64,000 nt of DNA from an uncultured Clostridia bacterium (lineage in GTDB: Bacteria; Bacillota; Clostridia; Oscillospirales; Acutalibacteraceae). The stretch lies in contig CANRPD010000004.1 in assembly GCA_947632385.1 (NCBI GenBank), forward strand, positions 190 to 64,189, given 5' to 3'. Below, in pieces: positions 50,407-60,629 of this stretch. The notes under the pieces were generated by a model. That model was not told the origin of the DNA, made no database searches, and saw nothing but the letters and a program-made list of their open reading frames with translations. Each line of letters begins with the position of its first letter. The first letter of the stretch is position 1. Made by a program: the position numbers and the translations under genes.

Positions 50407-51519
50407 ATGGCAAGTCTATCCCTGCAGCACATTTACAAGGTCTACGCCGGCGGCGTGACTGCTGTATCGGACTTCAACCTGGAGATTGCCGACAAGGAAT
50501 TCATCATTCTGGTTGGCCCCTCCGGCTGCGGCAAGTCCACCACCCTGCGTATGATCGCCGGTCTGGAAGAGATCAGCAAGGGCGAGCTGTACATCGGCGA
50601 CACGCTGGCCAATGACGTGGCTCCCAAGGACCGCGACATCGCCATGGTGTTCCAGAACTATGCTCTGTATCCCCACATGACCGTGTACGATAACATGGCT
50701 TTTGGTCTGAAGCTGCGCAAGACCCCGAAGGATCAGATCCGTCAGCGCGTGGAAGAGGCTGCCCGTATTTTGGACATCGCCCATCTGCTGGACCGCAAGC
50801 CCAAGGCTCTGTCCGGTGGCCAGAGACAGCGTGTTGCGCTGGGCCGTGCCATCGTGCGTGATCCCAAGGTGTTCCTGCTCGACGAGCCGCTGTCCAACCT
50901 GGACGCCAAGCTGCGTGCGCAGATGAGAACCGAGATCGCCAAGCTGCATACCCGTCTGGGCACCACGTTCATCTATGTGACCCATGACCAGACCGAAGCT
51001 ATGACCATGGGCGACCGGATCGTGGTCATGAAGGACGGCATCATCCAGCAGGTCGATACCCCCCAGAACCTGTACGATTATCCCGTCAACGAATTTGTGG
51101 CCGGCTTCATGGGCTCTCCTCAGATGAACTTCATCGACGCCAAGCTGGGCAAGGAAGGCTCTACCTATACCCTCACCTTCGGCAAGTGCACCATCAAGCT
51201 GCCTGACAACAAGGTCAAGGGCACCGAGATCGAGAAGTATGTCGGCAAGGAAGTCGTGTTCGGCATCCGTCCCGAAGATGTGCACGACGAGCCTGACTTC
51301 ATCGAGAAGGTCGGCGGCGCGCATGTGGAGTGCGAAGTGGAAGTTACCGAACTGATGGGCGCTGAGACCTATCTGTATCTGAACTGCGAAGGCAATGCCG
51401 TCACCGCCCGTGTGGAGCCCACCTCCACCGCCAAGGCCGGCGACCACTCCAAGATCGCTTTCGATCTGAACAAGATGCATCTGTTCGACAAAGAGACCGA
51501 GGTTACCTTCCTCAACTAA
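50407..51519 (+). CDS. MsmX/UgpC-type multitask sugar ABC transporter ATPase
   Basis: [27 protein letters not shown] domain; no adjacent permease. Confidence 0.93.
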   Translation: MASLSLQHIYKVYAGGVTAVSDFNLEIADKEFIILVGPSGCGKSTTLRMIAGLEEISKGELYIGDTLANDVAPKDRDIAMVFQNYALYPHMTVYDNMAFGLKLRKTPKDQIRQRVEEAARILDIAHLLDRKPKALSGGQRQRVALGRAIVRDPKVFLLDEPLSNLDAKLRAQMRTEIAKLHTRLGTTFIYVTHDQTEAMTMGDRIVVMKDGIIQQVDTPQNLYDYPVNEFVAGFMGSPQMNFIDAKLGKEGSTYTLTFGKCTIKLPDNKVKGTEIEKYVGKEVVFGIRPEDVHDEPDFIEKVGGAHVECEVEVTELMGAETYLYLNCEGNAVTARVEPTSTAKAGDHSKIAFDLNKMHLFDKETEVTFLN

Positions 51520-51537
51520 AAACTTGTCATTGATTCG

Positions 51538-51567
51538 GGGCCGTGCCGTTTGGCACGGCCCTCTTTC
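51538..51567 (+). terminator. Intrinsic terminator
   Basis: GGGCCGTGCC-GTTT-GGCACGGCCC-TCTTTC. Confidence 0.75.
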
Positions 51568-51682
51568 TATGTGCCCATGCGGTGGAAACGGAACGAAACA
51601 CACGGTTCCATAGGGGCCGAAACGGATCGTCGCGTGACAAACCGACGGATCCGGGGTATCGTTAGAGGCGGAGGTGACAGCT

Positions 51683-52168
51683 ATGTTTGCTGACAAACTG
51701 AAGAGCCTGCGGGTCGAAAAGGGCCTGACGCAGGAAGCATTGGCGGAGCAGCTGTACGTGACTCGTGCGGCCGTCTCCAAGTGGGAAAACGGCAAGGGCT
51801 ACCCGAATATCGAGAGCCTGCGGCAGATCTCCCGGCTGTTTCATGTGACAGTCGATGAACTGATCTCCGACGGCGACGCGGAGAACCAGCACCGTCTGGA
51901 CGACCGGCGGACCAAATTCTTTTTTTGGTGCGCGATGGCGTGCCTGCTGGTGACGATGCTCTCGGCGCTGGGGGTGTTTCTGGGCGGGTTGCCCCTGGGG
52001 CTTCTGACGGCGCTGGGCACCGTGGGGTATGTGGTCTTTGCGTTCCTCTCGAAGCCCAAATACCGCCGAATGCAGCTGAAAAAGTACGTGTGGGCGTATG
52101 TTCTGTCCCGGGCGGTGGTGCTGGCCATCGTGCTGGCGGCGGCAATTGCCCTGCTGAGGAGCCTGTGA
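51683..52168 (+). CDS. XRE-family HTH protein with C-terminal TM helices
   Basis: LTQEALAEQLYVTRAAVSKWENGKGYP followed by 3 TM helices. Confidence 0.85.
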   Translation: MFADKLKSLRVEKGLTQEALAEQLYVTRAAVSKWENGKGYPNIESLRQISRLFHVTVDELISDGDAENQHRLDDRRTKFFFWCAMACLLVTMLSALGVFLGGLPLGLLTALGTVGYVVFAFLSKPKYRRMQLKKYVWAYVLSRAVVLAIVLAAAIALLRSL

Positions 52169-52243
52169 GGGCCTCTCTTGCTCTTGCTTTTTTCGTGCTT
52201 TGCCCTTATAATAGAACAAAACACGGGGAAGGGGGAGCAGCGC

Positions 52244-53011
52244 GTGGCCAAACGGGTCGGAAAAGGGATCGGGCTGGCAGTCTGCATTTTGGGCTGTCTC
52301 TGGTTCTGCCTGCCGCTGCTGCGGGGCGGATTCGGTCTGGGCTCCTGGTTCGGCTTTTTTGTCTGTGCGTTGGGTGCGGCTCTGCTGCTGGGATACGGAC
52401 GATGCGCCCGAAAAGGCGGCTGGACCAAAGCTTGTGCCCGGCTTGTCTTGGCTTTTTACCTGATGGGCTTGGGCTGGGCGGCTTTTCTCACGGGATGTAT
52501 TTTCTCCACCCAGTTCTCTGCCCCGCCGGAAGATGCGGATGTGCTGGTCCTGGGGGCGCAGATCCTGCCCGACGGACGGATGAGCCTGAGTCTGCGCAGC
52601 CGGATCGAAGCCGCCAGTCAGTATCTGATCGAGCATCCTTACGCCCGGTGCATCGTGGCCGGTGGAAAAGGGGACGACGAGCCCTGTTCGGAAGCCCGGG
52701 TCATGGCCCAGGCGCTGGAAGAGCGGGGCATCGCGACGGAGCGGATCTTTCAGGAGGATCGGTCCTTCAACACCCGGCAAAACATGACCTATGCGGCCCA
52801 GTTGGCTGACAAAGAGGGATTGGGACCAAAGTTTGCGGTGGTCTCCCAGGGGTATCACCTGTTTCGGGCGATCCGTTTGGCCAAGCAGGCGGGGCTGGAA
52901 GCTGTCCCGCTGCCCGCATATACCGACCCGCTGATCTTTCCCCAGTATTACGGCAGAGAGCTGCTTTCGCTGACCAAATGGGTGGTGGAGCAGCAGATCA
53001 TGGAGGAATGA
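52244..53011 (+). CDS. YdcF/DUF218 (SanA-like) family protein
   Basis: LVLGA, GGKGDDE..SEA, EDRS.NT.QN, YHL.RA, RE. Confidence 0.88.
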   Translation: MAKRVGKGIGLAVCILGCLWFCLPLLRGGFGLGSWFGFFVCALGAALLLGYGRCARKGGWTKACARLVLAFYLMGLGWAAFLTGCIFSTQFSAPPEDADVLVLGAQILPDGRMSLSLRSRIEAASQYLIEHPYARCIVAGGKGDDEPCSEARVMAQALEERGIATERIFQEDRSFNTRQNMTYAAQLADKEGLGPKFAVVSQGYHLFRAIRLAKQAGLEAVPLPAYTDPLIFPQYYGRELLSLTKWVVEQQIMEE

Positions 53012-53015
53012 CCGT

Positions 53016-54287
53016 ATGGCGATCGTACTCAAAGGCCCTCGGGTGGTGGATCCTGCCCAGGGGCTGAATGGGATCTATGATATCCGGATGGAGGGGGGGC
53101 GCATTGCGGAGCTGGGAGTCAGTCTCCCAGCGCAAAACGCCCAGGTGATCGATTGTACCGGCCTGGTGGCAGCACCGGGGCTGGTGGACCTGCACGTGCA
53201 TTTGCGGGATCCCGGCCAGACACAGAAGGAAGACGTCTTTTCCGGGTGCCGGGCCGCTGCTGCAGGAGGCGTGACCAGCCTGTTGGCCATGCCCAATACG
53301 ACGCCGCCGATGGACGAGCCGGAGCGGGTGGCGGCGCTGCTGGAGAAAAGTCGCTCCGCCGACGCCCATGTGTACACTGCCGCATGCATCACCCGGGGAA
53401 TGGCCGGGCAGGAAACGACGGATTTTGCAGCCCTGCGTGCCGCAGGTGCGTCGGCTTTGTCCGACGACGGAAAACCCGTGGGGAGCACGGCCTGCCTGCT
53501 GAAGGCTTTGCGGGAGGTACCCGAACTGGGGCTGATGGTCACTGCACACTGTGAGGACCTTTCGCTGGTGGCGGGAGGCTTGATGAACGAGGGCGAGACG
53601 TCCCGGCGGTTGGGCGTGCAGGGGATCCCCAATGCCGCCGAGGATTGCGGGACCGCTCGAGAGATCGCTGCGGCCGCCAGCATCGGTGCGCCCATCCATA
53701 TCTGTCATGTGAGCACCCAGGGCAGTGTTGCCCTGATCCGGGATGCCAAGGCCCGGGGCGTGGCGGTGACGGCAGAGACCTGTCCGCACTATCTGCTCCT
53801 GACCGATACTTGTCTGCGGACACGGGATGCGGATTACCGTATGAACCCGCCGCTGCGCTCGGAGCGAGACCGGCAGGCGGTCATCGCCGGGCTTCTGGAC
53901 GGTACGCTGGATTGCATCACCACCGACCATGCGCCTCACACACCTGCGGAAAAAGCGGATTTCGAGAAAGCGCCCAATGGGTCGATCGGCATGGAGACAT
54001 CTCTGGCGGCGGTGTTGACCGCCCTCTCGGGGAGAATGTCGCTTATGGACATCATCCGTGTCATGAGCACGGTGCCTGCGCGGATCTTGGGGATCCCCGC
54101 AGGGTCGCTGGCGCCCGGCATGCCGGCGGATGTGGTGTTGTTTGATCCCCAGGAACGGTGGACCGTGGACGCGGAGAGGCTCCACGGCAAAAGTAGGAAT
54201 ACGCCCTTTAAGGGAATGACGCTGACCGGCCGGGTCCACAGGACCTTCCTGGCCGGGCGGCAGGTGTTTGCTCTATCAGAACAGTAA
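53016..54287 (+). CDS. pyrC: Dihydroorotase
   Basis: DLHVHLRDPG, MPNT.P, MNPPLRS, TDHAPH. Confidence 0.95.
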   Translation: MAIVLKGPRVVDPAQGLNGIYDIRMEGGRIAELGVSLPAQNAQVIDCTGLVAAPGLVDLHVHLRDPGQTQKEDVFSGCRAAAAGGVTSLLAMPNTTPPMDEPERVAALLEKSRSADAHVYTAACITRGMAGQETTDFAALRAAGASALSDDGKPVGSTACLLKALREVPELGLMVTAHCEDLSLVAGGLMNEGETSRRLGVQGIPNAAEDCGTAREIAAAASIGAPIHICHVSTQGSVALIRDAKARGVAVTAETCPHYLLLTDTCLRTRDADYRMNPPLRSERDRQAVIAGLLDGTLDCITTDHAPHTPAEKADFEKAPNGSIGMETSLAAVLTALSGRMSLMDIIRVMSTVPARILGIPAGSLAPGMPADVVLFDPQERWTVDAERLHGKSRNTPFKGMTLTGRVHRTFLAGRQVFALSEQ

Positions 54288-54302
54288 GAAAGGTTGATCG
54301 TT

Positions 54303-55247
54303 ATGTCCATGGACCGGCTTCTGGAAAAGATCGCTGCGCTGAAAAATCCCACTGTCGCGGGACTGGATCCCAAGCTCTCCTATATCCCGGAGCATCTTCG
54401 TCAGGCAGCGTATGCTGCCTATGGGAAGACGTTGGAAGGTGCTGCCGAAGCGATCTATGCGTTTAATTGCGGGCTCATCGACGCGCTGTGCGATGTGGTG
54501 CCTGCCGTCAAGCCCCAGGCGGCCTATTACGAGCTCTACGGTTGGCCCGGTGTGCGGGCCCTGGCCCGGACCATTGCCTATGCCCACAAGAAGGGCATGT
54601 TCGTCATCACCGACGGTAAGCGCAATGACATCGGCGCCACCATGGAGGCCTATGCAGACGCTCATCTGGGCGAGACAGAGGTAGAGGGGGAATATTTCTC
54701 CGCTTTTGGGGCAGATGCCCTGACGGTGAACGGGTATTTGGGCATTGACGGGATCGCGCCGCTGCTGCGGGTCTGTCTCCAACACGATAAGGGAATTTTT
54801 GTGCTAGCCAAGACATCCAATCCTTCTTCCGGAGAGCTGCAGGATCGGACCCTTTCCACCGGAGAGACAGTGTACCGGATCCTGGGAGAGCATTGTGAGA
54901 CCTGGGGTCGGGAGTTGCCCGGCAAATACGGGTATTCCGGCGTGGGCGCGGTGGTGGGAGCCACCTATCCGGAGCAGCTGCGGGAACTGCGCCGGGCGCT
55001 GCCCCATACTTTCTTTCTGGTGCCGGGCTACGGGGCCCAGGGCGGCGGAGCCAAAGATGTTGCTCCTGGGTTCGATGACAGCGGCATGGGCGCTGTGGTC
55101 AATTCATCCCGTGCCATCCTCTGCGCCTGGCAGAAGACCGATCGCCCGGGGGAGGAATACGCATTGGCGGCCAGAGCAGAGGCCATCCGGATGCGGGACG
55201 AGATCGTGGAGTGCGTTGGTGTGCCTACTTTAAATGAGATTATGTAA
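54303..55247 (+). CDS. pyrF: Orotidine-5'-phosphate decarboxylase (type 2)
   Basis: GLDP, VKPQ.A.YE, DGKRNDIGAT, LVPGYGAQGG. Confidence 0.95.
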   Translation: MSMDRLLEKIAALKNPTVAGLDPKLSYIPEHLRQAAYAAYGKTLEGAAEAIYAFNCGLIDALCDVVPAVKPQAAYYELYGWPGVRALARTIAYAHKKGMFVITDGKRNDIGATMEAYADAHLGETEVEGEYFSAFGADALTVNGYLGIDGIAPLLRVCLQHDKGIFVLAKTSNPSSGELQDRTLSTGETVYRILGEHCETWGRELPGKYGYSGVGAVVGATYPEQLRELRRALPHTFFLVPGYGAQGGGAKDVAPGFDDSGMGAVVNSSRAILCAWQKTDRPGEEYALAARAEAIRMRDEIVECVGVPTLNEIM

Positions 55248-55301
55248 ACTAATAAATGATCTGGTTTTCCATTTTTATCGAAAAAAGGGGTATCAATTGG
55301 A

Positions 55302-56066
55302 ATGATGCGCAAGTATGATTCTGTTTTCTGTAAACTGATACAGGCGGTTTCCTTGACTGCAGATGTCTTTGACTTTACAGTGGAAGCTCCGGCCTTTGCC
55401 GATGTAGCCCAGCCCGGTCAGTTCGCTCAGATCCGTCTGCCGGGGCATACCCTGCGCAGGCCGATCTCCATCTGCAACATCGACCGGGATCGAGGGACGC
55501 TGCGGTTTGTCTTCCAAGTGCGGGGTGCGGGGACCGAAGAGTTGTCGCGGTACAAATCAGGGGACAGCCTGGAGATCCTGGCACCCCTGGGCCATGGTTT
55601 TCCTCTGGATCTGCCGGGCCGCGTGTTGCTGGTGGGAGGGGGCAGCGGCACGCCTCCTTTGCTGGGTGTGGCGGCACAATATCGGGAAAACGCCGTTGCG
55701 GTCCTGGGATATCGCACCGCGTCTGCGGTCATTCTGGAACAGGATTTTCGGGACATGGGTGCAAAGACGGTGATCGCTACGGATGACGGGACGTACGGAT
55801 ATTCCGGTCTCGTGACGGACGCAGCGCGGCAAGAGCAATTTTCTGCGGTGGTGGCCTGCGGACCGCTGCCAATGCTGCGGGCAGCGCGAGACCTGGCGGT
55901 GGAACGCGGCGTCCCCTGCTACCTGTCTTTGGAGGAGCGCATGGCCTGCGGGATTGGGGCCTGTCTGGGGTGCGCGGTGTCCCTGGTGGACGAAGCCGGA
56001 CAGCCGTATTATGGGCATGTTTGCAAAGACGGGCCGGTATTCCCGGCCGAAAAAGTGGCCTTATAG
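55302..56066 (+). CDS. pyrK: Dihydroorotate dehydrogenase electron transfer subunit
   Basis: LRRPISI, GGGSG.PPL, EERMACGIGACLGC..C.DGPVF. Confidence 0.93.
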   Translation: MMRKYDSVFCKLIQAVSLTADVFDFTVEAPAFADVAQPGQFAQIRLPGHTLRRPISICNIDRDRGTLRFVFQVRGAGTEELSRYKSGDSLEILAPLGHGFPLDLPGRVLLVGGGSGTPPLLGVAAQYRENAVAVLGYRTASAVILEQDFRDMGAKTVIATDDGTYGYSGLVTDAARQEQFSAVVACGPLPMLRAARDLAVERGVPCYLSLEERMACGIGACLGCAVSLVDEAGQPYYGHVCKDGPVFPAEKVAL

Positions 56067-56078
56067 GAGGGGCATGAG

Positions 56079-56990
56079 ATGACTGATCTTTCTGTCAACG
56101 TGGCGGGCGTTGGGTTCCACAACCCGCTGATCGCTGCCTCCGGTACGTTTGGGTTTGGTCGGGAGTACGCTGAGTTTTATCCGTTGTCCGTTTTTGGGGG
56201 CATCAGTACCAAAGGGACCACGCTTCATCCGCGCCCGGGCAATCCGCCGCCCCGGGTGACCGAAACGCCCGGGGGCATGCTCAACGCAGTGGGTCTGCAA
56301 AATCCCGGGGTGGATGCCTTTATCCAGCAGGAGCTGCCGTGGCTTTCTCGGCAGGGTACGCGGATCGTGGCGAATGTTGCCGGCAGTGCAGTGGAGGATT
56401 ATTGCCAAACGGTGGAAAAATTGAATCCCACCTGTGTGAATATGGTGGAGCTCAATATCTCCTGCCCCAACGTGAAAGAAGGCGGGGCGCAGTTCGGCAC
56501 CAGCGCCCAGAGCGTGTACGACATCACCCGAGCGGTTCGGGACGTGTGCAAAAAGCCCCTGATGGTGAAGCTGTCACCCAATGTCACCGACATTTCTGAA
56601 ATGGCTGTGGCAGCTGAGCACGGCGGCGCAGATGCGGTGTCTCTGATCAATACGCTGACCGGGCTGCGAGTGGATATCCGGACCCGGCGGCCCATCCTCC
56701 ACAACAACACAGGCGGTCTTTCAGGCCCTGCAGTGCTTCCGGTGGCCCTGCGGATGGTGTGGCAGGTTCATCAGAAGGTGAAGATCCCCATCGTGGGGCT
56801 TGGCGGTATCTCCACCTGGCAGGATGCGGTGGAGATGCTGTTCTGCGGCGCTTCGGCCCTGCAGCTGGGCACGGTGCTCTTTACTGACCCCTACGCGCCG
56901 GTGAAGATCGCCCAAGGCTTGTCCGAGTACATGGAGAAAAACGGTGTTGCCCATGTGGCGGACCTGACAGGAGGTATACGTCCATGGTGA
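56079..56990 (+). CDS. pyrD: Dihydroorotate dehydrogenase (family 1B) catalytic subunit
   Basis: ASGTFGFG, NAVGLQNPG, ELNISCPNV, KLSPNVTD, GGLSGPA. Confidence 0.96.
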   Translation: MTDLSVNVAGVGFHNPLIAASGTFGFGREYAEFYPLSVFGGISTKGTTLHPRPGNPPPRVTETPGGMLNAVGLQNPGVDAFIQQELPWLSRQGTRIVANVAGSAVEDYCQTVEKLNPTCVNMVELNISCPNVKEGGAQFGTSAQSVYDITRAVRDVCKKPLMVKLSPNVTDISEMAVAAEHGGADAVSLINTLTGLRVDIRTRRPILHNNTGGLSGPAVLPVALRMVWQVHQKVKIPIVGLGGISTWQDAVEMLFCGASALQLGTVLFTDPYAPVKIAQGLSEYMEKNGVAHVADLTGGIRPW

Positions 56991-57646
56991 CCACGGTCTA
57001 TCTGGTACGTCATTGCCAGTCTACCGGCAACTCTGAGGGACGCTTTCAGGGGCGCTTCGACGCACCGGTGGATGAGCAGGGCCGCAAACAACTGGCACTT
57101 TTGGCCCTGCGGTTTCGCAACGAGCCGCTGGATGCTCTGTACACCAGTCCGCTGACCCGCGCTATGGAGACCGCTCAGGCGGTCAACGAGTACCATCACC
57201 TGCCCATTCTCCCGCGGGAGGGGCTGTTGGAGATTTCCGCCGGGGATATCGAGAACATGAAGGTGACAGAGGTCGCCCGCCGGTACCCAAAGCTGACTGA
57301 CAATTGGAACCATGCCCCTGACCTGTGCGAATTCCCTCACGGAGAGACCATGGAGCAGGTCTATGCCCGGGTAAACCGGGAGCTGGACGACATCATCGCG
57401 GAAAACCCCGGTCGCAAGGTGTTTATTGCCACTCATGGCGGGGTGATCCGCAATATCTATGCCCGCGTGGCTCACGGTACGATCCGGGGGCTGCGGGACG
57501 GGACCGTCTTCGGCAACACCGGCGTCAACATACTGCTGGCGGAGAACGGCGTGCTCCGGTTTGCCCGGGTCAACGATTTGGAACATCTGCCGGAGGATCT
57601 GCGGCGTAAACCCACCATTTTCAATTTCCACACGGAGGCAGTATGA
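56984..57646 (+). CDS. Histidine phosphatase (phosphoglycerate mutase) family protein
   Basis: LVRHCQS, YTSPLTRA.ETA, HGGVIR. Confidence 0.88.
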   Translation: MVTTVYLVRHCQSTGNSEGRFQGRFDAPVDEQGRKQLALLALRFRNEPLDALYTSPLTRAMETAQAVNEYHHLPILPREGLLEISAGDIENMKVTEVARRYPKLTDNWNHAPDLCEFPHGETMEQVYARVNRELDDIIAENPGRKVFIATHGGVIRNIYARVAHGTIRGLRDGTVFGNTGVNILLAENGVLRFARVNDLEHLPEDLRRKPTIFNFHTEAV

Positions 57647-58071
57647 TCATTTTAGCAGTGGATCTGGGGAAAGCCCGGACCGGTCTGGCTGTCTGCGATC
57701 CTGGGGAGGTCCTGGCTTCGCCGTATGGGGTGGTCACAGAAGCGGACCCGGAACGCCTTGCCCATCAGATCGAAGAGGCAGCGCTCCATGCCCATGCCGA
57801 GCTTTTGGTGGTGGGCTTGCCCAAAAATATGGACGGTACCGAAGGGGAGAGTGCGCGCGCTGCCCGGGAGATGGCCGCTCTGCTGCTGGAACGAACCGGG
57901 CTGCCTGTGGAACTGGTCGATGAGCGACGGACGACGGTCACAGCTCACGAGTATCTCAACGCGGTCAACGTGCGGGGAAAGAAGCGAAAGGCAGTGGTGG
58001 ACGCTGTGGCTGCGACGGTGATCCTAGAGGCTTTTCTGGAACGGCGCCGCATGGCTGGAAAATCCCTGTGA
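57643..58071 (+). CDS. ruvX: RuvX/YqgF resolvase-like nuclease
   Basis: LAVDLG..RTGLA, VGLP.NMDG, DER.TT, VDAVAA..IL. Confidence 0.93.
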   Translation: MIILAVDLGKARTGLAVCDPGEVLASPYGVVTEADPERLAHQIEEAALHAHAELLVVGLPKNMDGTEGESARAAREMAALLLERTGLPVELVDERRTTVTAHEYLNAVNVRGKKRKAVVDAVAATVILEAFLERRRMAGKSL

Positions 58072-58086
58072 CAGCTTTTTTTTGAC

Positions 58087-58315
58087 TTGACAAACGGCTG
58101 CAAAAAGTGTACTGTTTTGGTGGGCGTTCAGGTGCTTTTGAACCTGTGCGACCTGCCATTCTTTTTTTGAGAGGTGAATCAGAGTGAGTGTTCCGCGATG
58201 TAGCGACGACATAGGGCCCGAAGGACGACCACGGCTTGCCGCGGGGCGCTTGCTCTGTGGCGCTTTTTGCCGTTGATTTTCCGGCGGGTCCTCGGTGAGA
58301 GGACCCGCTTTTTTT
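58087..58315 (+). promoter_or_regulatory. mgtE promoter and attenuator-like leader
   Basis: TTGACA-17-TACTGT (58087-58115). 30-codon uORF at 58184-58276 with GAGGTG RBS. Terminator GCGGGTCCTC-GGTGA-GAGGACCCGC-T7 (58284-58315) lies upstream of mgtE. Confidence 0.55.
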
Positions 58316-58367
58316 AGGCTCTGTGTTGTCTCCCACGGTACTTGCTGGAAGAAGGGAGTCAACCGAA

Positions 58368-59714
58368 ATGAATGAATCTTTGTTGGAGCAGTTGGAGGCT
58401 GTTCTGGCCTCCAAAAAGTATGCGGATGCGGCTCAAATGGTCAAGGAGCTGAATCCTGCCGATGCAGCCGCGCTGATGGACGAATTGGATCCGGGCAAAA
58501 TGCCGCTGTTGTTTCGGCTGTTGCCCAAGGAGTTTGCCGCTGAACTCTTTGCCTATATGGAACCGGAGGCGCAGGAAACGCTGATTTCCGCGTTCAGTGA
58601 CCGCGAACTGGACGAAGTCTTGGATGATCTGTTCCTGGATGATGCAGTGGACATGATCGAGGAGATGCCTGCCAACGTCGTGAAACGCATCCTGCGGCAT
58701 GTGGATCCCGACACTCGGAAGATGATCAACCAGGTGCTCAACTATCCCAAGGACAGTGCCGGCAGTATCATGACCATGGAATATGTGGATCTGAAACGCT
58801 CCATGACCGTGGAACAGGCTTTTGAGCGGATCCGCCGGACGGGTGTGGAGAAAGAGACCATTTACACCTGCTATGTGACCGATTCTCGGCGCAAGCTGGA
58901 GGGGATCATCACGGTCAAGGATCTGCTTTTGGCGCCCAAGGACGCTGTGATCCGTGATATCATGGAGACCAATGTCAAATATGTGACCACACACACCGAC
59001 CAGGAGGAAGTGGCAGCGATGCTCAGCCACTACGATTTTTTGGCGCTGCCGGTGGTGGATGCCGAAGAGTGCTTGGTGGGGATCGTTACGGTAGACGACG
59101 CCATCGATGTTCTGCAGGAAGAGGCCACGGAAGATATTGAAAAGATGGCTGCTATTTCGCCATCGGATAAGCCGTATATGCGGACGGGCGTGTTTTCCAC
59201 ATGGAAAAAGCGGGTGCCTTGGCTGTTGATCCTGATGATCTCCGCCACGTTCACCAGTTCTATCATTTCCTCCTATGAGGGTGCGCTGGCAGCCAGTGTG
59301 GTGCTGACGAACTTTATTCCCATGCTCATGGATACAGGAGGGAATTCCGGAAGCCAGTCCAGTATTACCATCATCCGCAGCCTCTCTCTGGGGGAGATCC
59401 GCTATGCAGATGTACCTCGGATCCTTTTGAAGGAGAGCTCGGTAGCGCTGCTGTGCGGCGGTACCCTGGCGGTGTGCAGTTTTGTCAAGTTGATGCTGGT
59501 CGACCGTGTGGCCGTAGGGGTGGCGGCTGTGGTCTGTCTGACCCTGGCTGTAGTGGTCCTGGTAGCCAATCTGGTGGGCAGCACTCTGCCGATCCTGGCC
59601 AAGCGCTTGGGGTTCGATCCCACAGTGATGGCCAGCCCATTCATCACCACCATTGTGGATGCGGTGGCTTTGGTCATCTATTTTAACATTGCCAAGCTGC
59701 TGCTTGGGATCTGA
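58368..59714 (+). CDS. mgtE: Magnesium transporter MgtE
   Basis: CBS pair (DSAGSIMT.EY), GGNSGSQS, DP.VMASPFITTIVD. Confidence 0.96.
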   Translation: MNESLLEQLEAVLASKKYADAAQMVKELNPADAAALMDELDPGKMPLLFRLLPKEFAAELFAYMEPEAQETLISAFSDRELDEVLDDLFLDDAVDMIEEMPANVVKRILRHVDPDTRKMINQVLNYPKDSAGSIMTMEYVDLKRSMTVEQAFERIRRTGVEKETIYTCYVTDSRRKLEGIITVKDLLLAPKDAVIRDIMETNVKYVTTHTDQEEVAAMLSHYDFLALPVVDAEECLVGIVTVDDAIDVLQEEATEDIEKMAAISPSDKPYMRTGVFSTWKKRVPWLLILMISATFTSSIISSYEGALAASVVLTNFIPMLMDTGGNSGSQSSITIIRSLSLGEIRYADVPRILLKESSVALLCGGTLAVCSFVKLMLVDRVAVGVAAVVCLTLAVVVLVANLVGSTLPILAKRLGFDPTVMASPFITTIVDAVALVIYFNIAKLLLGI

Positions 59715-59821
59715 TCCTGCCCTGCTGTTTTCTGGATGCTGGATCAGGACTTTTGGCCTAAAGATGGTTTGTCTGTGTCATGTCTACCCTTCTGGGAAAC
59801 CGGTATGGGAAATAAGAAAAC

Positions 59822-59856
59822 AAAAAAAGACCGCGGGAACTCCCGCGGTCTCTATT
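59822..59856. terminator. Bidirectional terminator
   Basis: A-tract, AGACCGCGGGA-AC-TCCCGCGGTCT, T-rich tail. Confidence 0.7.
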
Positions 59857-59865
59857 TGCATGAAA

Positions 59866-60049
59866 CGCCCGCCCGGTCGTAATGTGCGTCTCAATAACCT
59901 GCTACCATAAAGCAGGTGGGTGCCCTCCCAAACGTTTCTCGCTCCCTTCGTCCGACAAATGCCGGGAGGTCTGCAGTCTGCGTTCGGAGGCGAGCTCCCT
60001 GATTTTTGAGTGTAGGGTTATTCGTGCACAGTCCACGCGCCGGGCAGGC
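59866..60049 (-). ncRNA. ssrS: Probable 6S RNA
   Basis: About 185 nt. Closing stem GCCTGCCCGG/CCGGGCGGGC, A-rich central bubble, and GGGCACCCACCTG..CAGGTT typical of Firmicutes 6S RNAs. Confidence 0.75.
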
Positions 60050-60076
60050 AAGATCCCCCATCTCGGGAGACCGTTT

Positions 60077-60376
60077 TCAGTCCTCCGGTCCCTCGTAGTA
60101 GGCTTCGTTGAATCTGGCTTCGAAGATCTCGGCCAGCTGGTTGAGGAGATCATCGTCCTCTACTTCCTGTAGCTGTTCCTCACCGTCTTCTTCGATCACT
60201 TCGAAGATGTAGTAAGTTTCAGCATCGGAAGAGAGTTCATCCGGTTCCTGGTGGGTGGGGACAAGGGCCATAAAATGGCCGTCATCGTTCTCAAGCTCAT
60301 CGATGATCTCGAACTCGTGTTCTACGCCCTCATCGTCGATCAGGGTGATCAGATCGGCCTCAAATTCGTTATCCAT
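60077..60376 (-). CDS. DUF1292 domain protein
   Basis: Acidic; ITLIDDEG.E.EFEI, Y.ALVP, L..VEDD. Confidence 0.85.
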   Translation of the reverse strand: MDNEFEADLITLIDDEGVEHEFEIIDELENDDGHFMALVPTHQEPDELSSDAETYYIFEVIEEDGEEQLQEVEDDDLLNQLAEIFEARFNEAYYEGPED

Positions 60377-60629
60377 GGTCCGTTTCCTCTCTGTGCAAAT
60401 GGTTTTCAATCCTGTCTTCATTCTACTTGGAAACAGGCCAAAAGTCAAGGGCTTTTCCGGGACAAATCGCTGTTTTGGCGTGCTTTTTTCTTTTGACAAC
60501 AGGATCCCCAAATCGGAGCGTATCTTGCCCGGCTTTTTCTGGAAATCCGAACGGAGGAGGAACCGGGGTTGCGATTTGTTCGGTTTTTTGGTATACTACC
60601 TTTTGTGTGTTGAGAAAGGTGGTGTAACG

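Noticed and set aside
53016-56990. PyrR attenuator or novel regulation of the pyr genes
   Set aside because: No leader space (pyrC starts 4 nt after the ydcF-like gene) and no PyrR-binding loop recognised
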